Shown here: in pieces, positions 56,431-64,000 of the stretch
Position numbering within the stretch: position 1 is the first letter of the stretch
Layout: every line of letters starts with the position of its first letter
DNA from: a candidate division FCPU426 bacterium
GTDB lineage: Bacteria; Oederibacteriota; Muellerivitia; Muellerivitales; Muellerivitaceae
Direction of reading: 5' to 3'
NCBI GenBank assembly: GCA_963849245.1
Contig: CAWKIY010000029.1
Coordinates: 3,733-67,732, forward strand
DNA length: 64,000 nt
Translations under genes and position numbers: made by a program
The notes under the pieces: generated by a model
Database searches by the model: none
The model's input: the letters and a program-made list of their open reading frames with translations, nothing else
Told to the model about the DNA's origin: nothing

Positions 56431-59400
56431 TTACCGAAGAAGCAGAAGTTTGGTCACGGTTCGGCCCTGCGGCGTCGTGACAACGACATAGTAGAGCCCG
56501 CTGGCCAAAGGATTTCCCCACCGATCATCCATCTTTACCACGACATCTTCTCCCACAGGCGTTTGAGAGAAAGTCTGGTCTTGAACCTTTCGGAAAGCCA
56601 CTGTGAAAAGTTCCACTTGGACATCACAAGTCTTGTTATGCGGAACATGAATGGAAACTGGCCCGCCTTTTCCAGGATTGGGATAGATCACGGGTGTCGA
56701 GATAGTCTCTTTCGTCGCCGTCGAAGTAAATGTGATGGTGGGCAGAGGAGTTGAGGTACGGGTGATCGTAGGCGTACTAGTCGGGGTTGAACTCGAAGTT
56801 GAGGTCGCGGTAAAGGTGGCCGTCCGAGTATCCGTCAAAGTCATGGTGAGGGTCGATGTCGCCGTGGGGGTCTTCGTTGAAGTAACCGTAAAAGTGAAGG
56901 TAGGCGTTGGCGTAGATATCGGGGTGAATGTGTTCGTACTCGTAGCTGTAGAAGTCGAAGTAGTCGTAAACGTTTTGGTGGGGCTCGGCGTAAAAGTCTG
57001 TGTCACCGTAGATGTCGATGGGGGTGTCAGGGTGGTCGTGGAAGTAGACGTTCCCGTGAATGTCGGGGTTGCGGAGAAAAACGGCGTATTGGTAATGGTT
57101 GACGAGAGTGTGGGCGTACCAGTGAAAGTCGGTGTTCCCGTATTCGTCATTGTATAAGTGGAGGTGAAACTCGGGGTAAAAGTATTGGTCATTGTCGGGG
57201 TTCGGGTGGGTGTTGGAGTTCCCGTGTTGGTCGCTGAAGAGGTGACCGTCATGGTCAACGTATGGGTCGCCGTATTGGTCAAAGTTCCCGTAAAGGTAGG
57301 CGTATAAGAAAAAAGCGGCGTATTGGTTATTGTCGTCGTGAAAGTAGGCGTGCCGGTAAAAGTAGCCGTAAGGGTTTTGGTCGGAGTCCAGGTGGGCGTA
57401 AAACTGGGAGTTGAGGTTGAGGTAACCGTGAACGTTTTAGTATTGGTGGGCGTACCTGTATTGGTCAGTGAAGGGGTCAATGTCAGCGTAACGGTCGCTG
57501 TTTTTGTCGGACTATAAGTAGCGGTCATTGTGGAAGTAAACGTTGAGGTAAAAGTTCCGGTATTCGCAATTGTATTAGTCGGAGTAATCGTAATGGTTTT
57601 GGTTGGACTGTTGGTCATGGTTGAGGTAAAGGTTGCGGTGTTTACAGCGGTATTCGTCGGGGTAATGGTAGAGGTTTTAGTTGGACTATTGGTGGGGGTC
57701 ACTGTCGAGGTAGGCGAGTTGGTCGCGGTTGGAGTCCGGCTTGGCGTAGGGGTCACGGTTTTCGTCGGAGTCATCGTAGGCACGGGAGTAAAAGTAGGGG
57801 TCGACGCGGACGCGCAGGTAAACCAAACGTCATCCACCGTAAAATCATACGTGCCACCCCAGTAACCCACACGCCAGGCGATATATTGCAGGCTGGTGGG
57901 GTCAAAGGTATAAGGGGTCCCAGTGGAGGGCGCTGTTAACGAGGTAAAAGGTATGGTCACCAGCATCTCTTGATTAGCCGCCGTAACCACAACGTTGTAA
58001 TAATACTCGGCCCAGTTCACGGGCGTAACCTTCTGACCCGCGTTGGAATAAACCAAAGCCGTCACTGTCGCGGGAAAAGAAGGCGCAGAGCCCAATTTGA
58101 TCCTAAATTGAAGCCCCGTAGCGCCATTGGTAGTGCCGTTATACGCGGGCGCGGTACCTGCCCCAAAACTACAAATAAGCGCGGGCGAACCATAGCATAG
58201 TGTTGAACTTCCCGCGGCCGCGTTGGTCCCATAAAGACGGGCTCCAATATCCGAACCGCCTAAACCGTAACCATAAGAGGGAAACCATTGGGTAGCCCCG
58301 CTGCTTGGAATGACATAAAGAGGATTCATGGTCGGCGGACCACCGCAGTCCCCCGCCGGAGGCATAGAAGCGGTCCAAATACCTCCCAAATAATTGGTGA
58401 ACATCCCGCTCTCAAGATCGTCCACTTTAACACCGCAGGCGGGCGTAGCCGTTGGAACCGGTGTCGGCGTACAGCCGGTCGTTTTACAACCACCCGTAAC
58501 ACAACTGGTATTTCCCCCGACTGTATCCCAAATGGCGGACACTCCGGCGTTAGCGTTGATCGGCAGGGCCATTCCGGCGTCCCAAAGTCCAATCCCGGCG
58601 ATTCCTTTGTTTTTGGCCCAAGTGATCTTGGTACAGAAAGATTGGGCGTCATCGGCACCGTATTGCGTCCCGCCGTAAGTGTAAGTAATTTCATCACCAC
58701 TGGCGTCCCGAGCTCCCGCCGTACCGGTAAGCACATTAACAATGGGCGAGGAAGGAGTGCCGTCAGCGCCACGGGCATAAAGGGGACATCCCAAAACCAT
58801 TTGAGCTGCGGGGAGACCTAAATTGATATAACCATTGACAAGCGAACTGACGTCTAGATTTAACGTGCCCTCACAGCCGCTATTGGTGGAATATCCCGTC
58901 TGGGTTAACGGCCCTTGGCAAAGATCACCGCCGACTCCGATATTGAAATCGTATCCGCCGACAAAACCCCAGTCCGCGGAGGAAGCCGAACCGCTTCCCG
59001 GCGACAATCCGTAATTGCACATATTGGCCGCCCCAGGAAGGAAGAAGGTGAGACCCACATGACTTGTGTTAGCCGCTAAACTTGTTTCCACCGGATAACT
59101 ACCGGAAGGCGCTAGACCCGGGGTAATGGCGTTTAATCCCGTTCGTAAATCACTCAAAAGGGCCGTGAAAACAGCCGCGTTGGTTGGATACTCCCAGTCA
59201 ATATCAACTCCATCATATTTCGCGACGGTCCCGTTCGTGTCCGTTCCTTGATTCATGAGTGCGACAATGGCGTTCGCCAAAGTTTGAGCTTGGGCTGTAC
59301 TGGTCGGCCAGGAAGTACTGCTGGCGCCTCCAACGGAAAGATAAACCCTCACTCCGTGGTTATGAGCTTCTTCAATAACTCCGATACGCCGTTGAAAGGT

Positions 59401-59613
59401 AAGCGTGGTGCCGTTGACCACAGCGAAGGATTCATAAATATGTGAAATGTCCCCCCATGGAATATCTTCTATTCTAAAAAGGTAATTGGGATTGGAATTG
59501 TAGTCATTAGGAACATAAGCGACGACCACATAAGGAGGCGCGGCGGAAGCAACAGCGGAAAAAAGAAAGCCGCAGACCATTATAGTTAGGACAATTTTAA
59601 AGAATCGATTCAT
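56431..59613 (-). CDS. Glycoside hydrolase family 18 (chitinase-like) with very long Thr/Pro/Ser linker and type-IX-like C-terminal sorting domain
   Basis: GH18 motif YDGVDIDWEYP (DxxDxDxE). 1060 aa. C-terminal VIYPNPGKGGPVSIH...LFTVAFRKVQD...GLYYVVVTTPQGRTVTKLLLLR. Confidence 0.8.
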   Translation of the reverse strand: MNRFFKIVLTIMVCGFLFSAVASAAPPYVVVAYVPNDYNSNPNYLFRIEDIPWGDISHIYESFAVVNGTTLTFQRRIGVIEEAHNHGVRVYLSVGGASSTSWPTSTAQAQTLANAIVALMNQGTDTNGTVAKYDGVDIDWEYPTNAAVFTALLSDLRTGLNAITPGLAPSGSYPVETSLAANTSHVGLTFFLPGAANMCNYGLSPGSGSASSADWGFVGGYDFNIGVGGDLCQGPLTQTGYSTNSGCEGTLNLDVSSLVNGYINLGLPAAQMVLGCPLYARGADGTPSSPIVNVLTGTAGARDASGDEITYTYGGTQYGADDAQSFCTKITWAKNKGIAGIGLWDAGMALPINANAGVSAIWDTVGGNTSCVTGGCKTTGCTPTPVPTATPACGVKVDDLESGMFTNYLGGIWTASMPPAGDCGGPPTMNPLYVIPSSGATQWFPSYGYGLGGSDIGARLYGTNAAAGSSTLCYGSPALICSFGAGTAPAYNGTTNGATGLQFRIKLGSAPSFPATVTALVYSNAGQKVTPVNWAEYYYNVVVTAANQEMLVTIPFTSLTAPSTGTPYTFDPTSLQYIAWRVGYWGGTYDFTVDDVWFTCASASTPTFTPVPTMTPTKTVTPTPSRTPTATNSPTSTVTPTNSPTKTSTITPTNTAVNTATFTSTMTNSPTKTITITPTNTIANTGTFTSTFTSTMTATYSPTKTATVTLTLTPSLTNTGTPTNTKTFTVTSTSTPSFTPTWTPTKTLTATFTGTPTFTTTITNTPLFSYTPTFTGTLTNTATHTLTMTVTSSATNTGTPTPTRTPTMTNTFTPSFTSTYTMTNTGTPTFTGTPTLSSTITNTPFFSATPTFTGTSTSTTTLTPPSTSTVTQTFTPSPTKTFTTTSTSTATSTNTFTPISTPTPTFTFTVTSTKTPTATSTLTMTLTDTRTATFTATSTSSSTPTSTPTITRTSTPLPTITFTSTATKETISTPVIYPNPGKGGPVSIHVPHNKTCDVQVELFTVAFRKVQDQTFSQTPVGEDVVVKMDDRWGNPLASGLYYVVVTTPQGRTVTKLLLLR

Positions 59614-59739
59614 TGAACTGGTTTCTCCTAGGAACTGCCATTCCCCAAATCTTGAATTTTATCCGAAAAAATTATTTTCAACGCCGCCATCCGGGCAAAA
59701 AACGGCCGAACTTCTTTTAAAGCTTCCTAATCAAACCTT

Positions 59740-62340
59740 TTATCGAATTAACAACAGCTTCGTGATAACCCGTCCTTTATAAGTGGTGACAACAACGTAA
59801 TACATTCCGCTGGCTAACGGGTTTCCCCACCGGTCATTCATCTGAAGGACCACATCCTCTCCCACCGGCGTTTGAGGAAAAGTCTGATCCTGAACCTTTC
59901 GGAACGCCACCGTAAAGAGCTGCACCTGAATGTCACTGGGCCTATCCATCAAAACATGAAGTGAAACTGGCCCGCCTTTACAAGGATTAGGATAAATAAT
60001 CGGCCCGGTTGAGGGAACTTTTGTGACCGTCGAAGTAGAGGTCGCGGTCGGCAAAGCCGTTGCCGTCCGAGTCACCGAGGGCGTATTCGTTGATGTCGAA
60101 CTGAACGTGGAAGAAGCGGTTATCGTGAAAGTGGGGGTCATCGTCCAAGTTGACGTGAAAACAGGTGTGCTCGTTAAAGTATTCGTGGAAGTCGGGGTCG
60201 AGGTAAAGGTCACCGTGGATATGGGCGTAAATGTGGAAGTTCCGGTCAAAGTCGCTGTCAACGTGGGCGTTCCCGTGAAAGTCGGAGTCGAAGAGGAAAT
60301 CGAAGTATTCGTGGAGGTTAGCGTAACCGTGGGAGTATCAGTCGCGCTGGGCGTCCCCGTATTCGTCGCGGAACTAGTAGCGGTCAGGGTGGATGTTTGG
60401 GTTGCCGTACTCGTAACCGTTCCTGTAAAGGTAGGTGTATAGGAAAAAAGCGGGGTATTGGTAATCGTCGAAGTAACAGTGGGAGTGCGGGTAGGCGTTT
60501 GCGTCAGCGTGTCCGTAGGGGTTGGAGTAATCGTCGGGCTTGACGTGGAAGTCCGGGTGGTCGTTGGTGTTCCAGTATTGGTCGCGGAGGAAGTCGCTGT
60601 CACAGTGGCCGTATGGGTGGCTGTACTTGTCATTGTGGCCGTAAAGGTAGGGGTATAAGAGAAAAGCGGGGTATTGGTAATCGTCATGGTGGCCGTAGAA
60701 GTTCGAGTAGGTGTAGTTGTAAAGGTGTTTGTCGCTGTGTGGGTAGTCGTCAAAGTAAACGTAGAAGTCGGCGTGGAGCTCGAAGTGAAGCTATAGGTAG
60801 AAGTCACTGTTGCGGTATGGGTGGCTGTATTGGTGGACGTTCCCGTCAAGGTAGGTGTATAGGAAAAAAGCGGAGTATTAGTCATCGTTAAGGTCGCCGC
60901 GGGAGTTCCCGTATTGGTGGTTGAGGGAGTGATGGTCAAGGTCTCGGTGCGAGTCGGACTATTGGTGGTCGTAGACGTCGCCGAATTGGTGGCCGTAGCC
61001 GTCGGGGTCTTCGTCGGACTGTTGGTAGCGGTGAAGGTTGATGTGCTAGCAGGCGTGTTAGTCATAGTCACTGTGAGAGTCCGGGTAGAACTATTCGTGG
61101 CTGTAAGCGTAGCCGAATTGGTGGCCGTAGTCGTCGGGGTCTTGGTGGGGCTATTCGTTGAGGTAAAGGTCGAGGTACTGGCGGGTGTATTGGTTGAGGT
61201 CGGCGTGCGGCTGTTAGTGCCCGTCGGTGAATTAGTAGTGGTTGTAGTCGCGGTCTTGGTCGCCGTATTCGTCGGGGTAAAGGTTCCGGTGAAGCTCAAG
61301 GTACTCGTCGGCGAAAAAGTCGGCGTCGAACTAGTCGTGGCTGTCGCGGTTTTGGTCGGGGTGTTGGTCGCGGTAAAAGTTTTGGTGGAGGTAAATGTAC
61401 TCGTAGGGGTATTAGTGAATGTTTTGGTCGGAGTACTCGTAAAGGTTTTCGTAGGACCTGTCACGCATCCTGGAAACTGGACGCCCGTGTTCGCGATGGC
61501 CGTCCCATTGGTAACCGCGCAAAAAGAGGGTTGGAGTGTGCCCGAAAAGCAGGGATCGTTTCCGGTCGCTAAAGGAAGGGTCGCCGTAACGGCGTCGCCT
61601 CGGGCATCCGTCAAAACAAATTGCATATTTCCGGTTCCCCAAGCCGCGGCGGCCTGCCAACGGTTATCCACCTCATGAGTGAGCGCCGAACCCCCGGCTG
61701 TCACCGATTGAATGGGGAACAACATGTCGTAAAAAAAGATCCCTGAGTTTTCTCCAGGGTCAAAATAATAGGTAATCGTTCCATTGGGATTTGAGTTATT
61801 GAGATTGTTCAGGATGCTCATGGGACATTGCACCATATTCCAGGTCATGGCCACATTACCGGCCGAAGTTCCTCCGGTTAAGTCAATAAAATCCTGTGTG
61901 CTCAGGTCTAAATGATTATCCGTGGTACTGGTGCAGCCGGCGCATTGGTCCACAATCGGAACAACGAGAGTTTGAGAGTTATACATTATCTGCGCGCAGG
62001 CGCCGCAAACCCCTGCCGCAGCAGTTCCGTTGTAATCCGGGGCTGAAATGGCGGCGAAGTTTCCATCATAAAAACTGCCATGAATCGTCGCGCATTCCGA
62101 GAAAGGAATCGTACAGTTAAAAACCCCGGTCGGAGGAGATACGGGTTGGTAATAGGTCATGTCACCGCTAAAAGTCGGGGAGAGGGGCGGGCAATAGGAG
62201 GCTGTCGCAATATTGATTTGTCCCCAAACATGGGAAAATCCAATGGTTAAAAAGAAAAGAACCGTTAGAAAGAACGGGGAAAGAACGGAAGTGAGTTTAA
62301 GTTGTTTTCCTGAAAACGTTTTCAATGGTTCTCCATACAA
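59740..62340 (-). CDS. Expansin / RlpA-like double-psi beta-barrel (DPBB) domain protein with Thr-rich linker and type-IX-like C-terminal sorting domain
   Basis: N-terminal ..GVCGACAQIMYNS...VDQCAGC...NHLDLSTQDFIDL.. resembles expansin/DPBB signatures (CxxC, HxDLS). 866 aa. C-terminal sorting domain is ~85% identical at protein level to that of the GH18 gene. Confidence 0.6.
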   Translation of the reverse strand: MYGEPLKTFSGKQLKLTSVLSPFFLTVLFFLTIGFSHVWGQINIATASYCPPLSPTFSGDMTYYQPVSPPTGVFNCTIPFSECATIHGSFYDGNFAAISAPDYNGTAAAGVCGACAQIMYNSQTLVVPIVDQCAGCTSTTDNHLDLSTQDFIDLTGGTSAGNVAMTWNMVQCPMSILNNLNNSNPNGTITYYFDPGENSGIFFYDMLFPIQSVTAGGSALTHEVDNRWQAAAAWGTGNMQFVLTDARGDAVTATLPLATGNDPCFSGTLQPSFCAVTNGTAIANTGVQFPGCVTGPTKTFTSTPTKTFTNTPTSTFTSTKTFTATNTPTKTATATTSSTPTFSPTSTLSFTGTFTPTNTATKTATTTTTNSPTGTNSRTPTSTNTPASTSTFTSTNSPTKTPTTTATNSATLTATNSSTRTLTVTMTNTPASTSTFTATNSPTKTPTATATNSATSTTTNSPTRTETLTITPSTTNTGTPAATLTMTNTPLFSYTPTLTGTSTNTATHTATVTSTYSFTSSSTPTSTFTLTTTHTATNTFTTTPTRTSTATMTITNTPLFSYTPTFTATMTSTATHTATVTATSSATNTGTPTTTRTSTSSPTITPTPTDTLTQTPTRTPTVTSTITNTPLFSYTPTFTGTVTSTATQTSTLTATSSATNTGTPSATDTPTVTLTSTNTSISSSTPTFTGTPTLTATLTGTSTFTPISTVTFTSTPTSTNTLTSTPVFTSTWTMTPTFTITASSTFSSTSTNTPSVTRTATALPTATSTSTVTKVPSTGPIIYPNPCKGGPVSLHVLMDRPSDIQVQLFTVAFRKVQDQTFPQTPVGEDVVLQMNDRWGNPLASGMYYVVVTTYKGRVITKLLLIR

Positions 62341-62545
62341 GGAAACCTATTCAGTCGCGGGTGATTAAAAAAATTCAGATTATGAATTGTGGTGTAGAAG
62401 ATATGCCTCATTTAAATTGTTAGATATTATACCACTGCTTTTCTTATGCTAATTTTTTGCCCCTCACAATAGGTCTTGTCTTAAAAAAGCTCAAAATAAA
62501 AGGCTTTTGCCGTCCCTGGTATATAAGTCGAATATCCTTCGGCTT

Positions 62546-64000
62546 CTAACGCACAGGAAGATAGCTAAATACCCGTTGAGCTTGGCTATTACGTGGATCA
62601 TCTTCTAAAACTCGGGTCAGGCAAATTCGGCTGTAATCATATTTCTTGGCGAAAAAGTACATTAGACCCGCCTCGAAATAAAAATCATCATACTGTCCCC
62701 TGCTCCGGCGAATACATTCCAAAAAAAGCGGCTCAGCGATACGAAAATTTTCCAGGTGATAATTAAAAAGTGCCATGGATAAAAGCCCTCTTGGAAATAT
62801 AGCAGGCCTGTAAAATCCCTCAAAGAAATTTTTCCAAACTGCCGGGGAAGGCTTCTCAAGCAGCGTCAAATCCTCTTCGGAAGAAAAAACAATTCCTCTT
62901 TCCGGCAATAGCTGGTTTTCATTCAGAAGGGGAATCTGAGGAGCGTAATGGTTTCTAAGATAAATGGCGACGGACTCATCCAGGTAGACCAAACGCCAAT
63001 CTTGCATTTTACGCAGTTCAAAAATCCATTGGCGGGCTGAGATAGGATTAAAGAAGATAATATCAAACCCATATTTTTCAATCAGCGGTTTCAGGCCCCC
63101 CGGAGCGAAGGAAGCCATGTCTTCTTTATATAAATCCTCGCCCATCACATCCGCTGTCCGTCCGTCAATAAACACCTTTTGGGGACCTTTCCAATCTAGC
63201 CAGCCTCCCGCGTCGATTTGGTTTAAGATTTTCCCGTCCAGCTGGTTTTGAACCAAAAACTCGGCGGCTCGGACCGGAAGATACTCCTGGTCCAAACCCC
63301 ATCCGAATCGATCCAATCGGCGGTCTGAAATATAGTAAGCGTTGGTGATAATTCTCAAGGACATTCCCAATAGAAGAAAAGCGAACCCCCAGGCAAAAAT
63401 CGGCTTGTTAAAAAGAATTTTTTGAGTTTTTTGGAATCGATCCCATGGCAGATCTTTCCAGCAAATAGCCGCCAAGGGAAGAGTCGCGATCATGAAGAGA
63501 GGGATGTTTCTAAACGAGGTGCCGGAGAGATAAAAAAAAGAGCCGGCAATAAGAAACTCATGAATTTTCCGGTGTCGGAAAGTGGCCAGCAAAAGCAAAA
63601 GAAGAAAAAAGCTAAATACTCGGTAGAAGATCAGGCCGACTTCCGGCATCAGCGCGGACGAGAACGGCATGAACCAGGAAGGCTGAAACTCCGCGATGGT
63701 TTGTTTAAAAATATTGGACGTGCCAATGATCGAAAGCAGTTGAAATGGAAAAACCGCCCCCTGTATAAAATGGGGATTTGCCAGACAAGCGACGACGGCC
63801 AAACCGGAAAACAGAAAAAGTTTTTTATCCGGCTGAGCGCCATGACAATAACTTGAAAGAATATAAAAACCCATCAAAACCAACCCTAATGGAAAAAGAC
63901 CCTCCACATTGACCCAAACCAGCTGGAGGATCGGAAGTAAAAAAAGGGCGTCTCTTTGGTGGTTTGCTCTTTCTTCCAGAACCCAAAGGGTCAAACCCAG
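62546..64000 (-). CDS. Polytopic membrane protein (possible glycosyltransferase/DUF2079-like), N-terminus beyond the window
   Basis: At least 11 predicted TM helices followed by a hydrophilic C-terminal domain. The ORF is open to the right edge. Confidence 0.4.
   Translation of the reverse strand: MGLTLWVLEERANHQRDALFLLPILQLVWVNVEGLFPLGLVLMGFYILSSYCHGAQPDKKLFLFSGLAVVACLANPHFIQGAVFPFQLLSIIGTSNIFKQTIAEFQPSWFMPFSSALMPEVGLIFYRVFSFFLLLLLLATFRHRKIHEFLIAGSFFYLSGTSFRNIPLFMIATLPLAAICWKDLPWDRFQKTQKILFNKPIFAWGFAFLLLGMSLRIITNAYYISDRRLDRFGWGLDQEYLPVRAAEFLVQNQLDGKILNQIDAGGWLDWKGPQKVFIDGRTADVMGEDLYKEDMASFAPGGLKPLIEKYGFDIIFFNPISARQWIFELRKMQDWRLVYLDESVAIYLRNHYAPQIPLLNENQLLPERGIVFSSEEDLTLLEKPSPAVWKNFFEGFYRPAIFPRGLLSMALFNYHLENFRIAEPLFLECIRRSRGQYDDFYFEAGLMYFFAKKYDYSRICLTRVLEDDPRNSQAQRVFSYLPVR

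Noticed and set aside
56732-61678. Plus-strand Val/Gly-rich ORFs (56732..57157, 57530..57865, 60023..60442, 60914..61678 and others)
   Set aside because: Same antisense-of-Thr/Pro-linker artefact, within the GH18 and expansin-like cargo genes.

Overview
This window looks like a chromosomal segment (about 50-55% GC, nearly all genes on the minus strand) from a Gram-negative bacterium with type-IX-like C-terminal sorting domains. That points to an FCB-group or candidate-phylum genome, but no taxonomic search was possible. Start coordinates mostly follow the supplied ORF track, which uses the first ATG/GTG/TTG after a stop, so several true starts are probably further downstream.

Contents from low to high coordinates:
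- An rlmD/rumA-like rRNA methyltransferase ORF that is internally frame-scrambled, lacks a stop, and runs in frame into a secreted glycoside-hydrolase-like domain at the window edge.
- A LacI-family regulator divergent from an inositol-monophosphatase (suhB-like) gene, and a DUF4139-like protein.
- Two unusual long perfect inverted-repeat elements whose arms are built from reiterated heptamers.
- A 0.3-kb AT-rich islet encoding a small membrane protein, sitting downstream of a translationally coupled PilZ and histone-deacetylase-family gene pair.
- Ferredoxin, an outer-membrane beta-barrel, sfsA, an NHL-repeat lipoprotein and an orphan zinc-finger anti-sigma-like ORF.
- A sensory cluster: a zinc-ribbon membrane protein, two paralogous polytopic membrane proteins, a Cache-type histidine kinase and an NtrC-type sigma-54-dependent response regulator. 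A good sigma-54 promoter follows, ahead of a small secreted ORF and a type IV pilin-like gene.
- dinB, an EAL-domain protein and a membrane-anchored spermidine-synthase fusion.
- An ECF sigma / anti-sigma operon in which the anti-sigma carries a sorting-domain-like periplasmic domain. It is translationally coupled to a beta-propeller cargo protein and a PorV/FadL-like barrel fused to a TPR. A 1599-aa Thr/Pro-rich adhesin with 229-bp perfect internal repeats lies next to it.
- A LemA / TPM / two-PEBP / nucleotidyltransferase cluster.
- A respiratory module: Rieske protein, a cytochrome b6-like gene broken by three frameshifts, a subunit-IV-like gene, an octaheme cytochrome c, a cupredoxin, ctaA, ctaB, an ABC transporter pair, SCO and DUF420. 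No oxidase structural genes are in the window.
- A PQQ sugar dehydrogenase, three carbohydrate-active cargo proteins (GH16, GH18, expansin-like) sharing a near-identical C-terminal sorting domain, and a partial polytopic membrane protein at the right edge.

No CRISPR array, tRNA, rRNA or recognisable transposase or integrase was seen.
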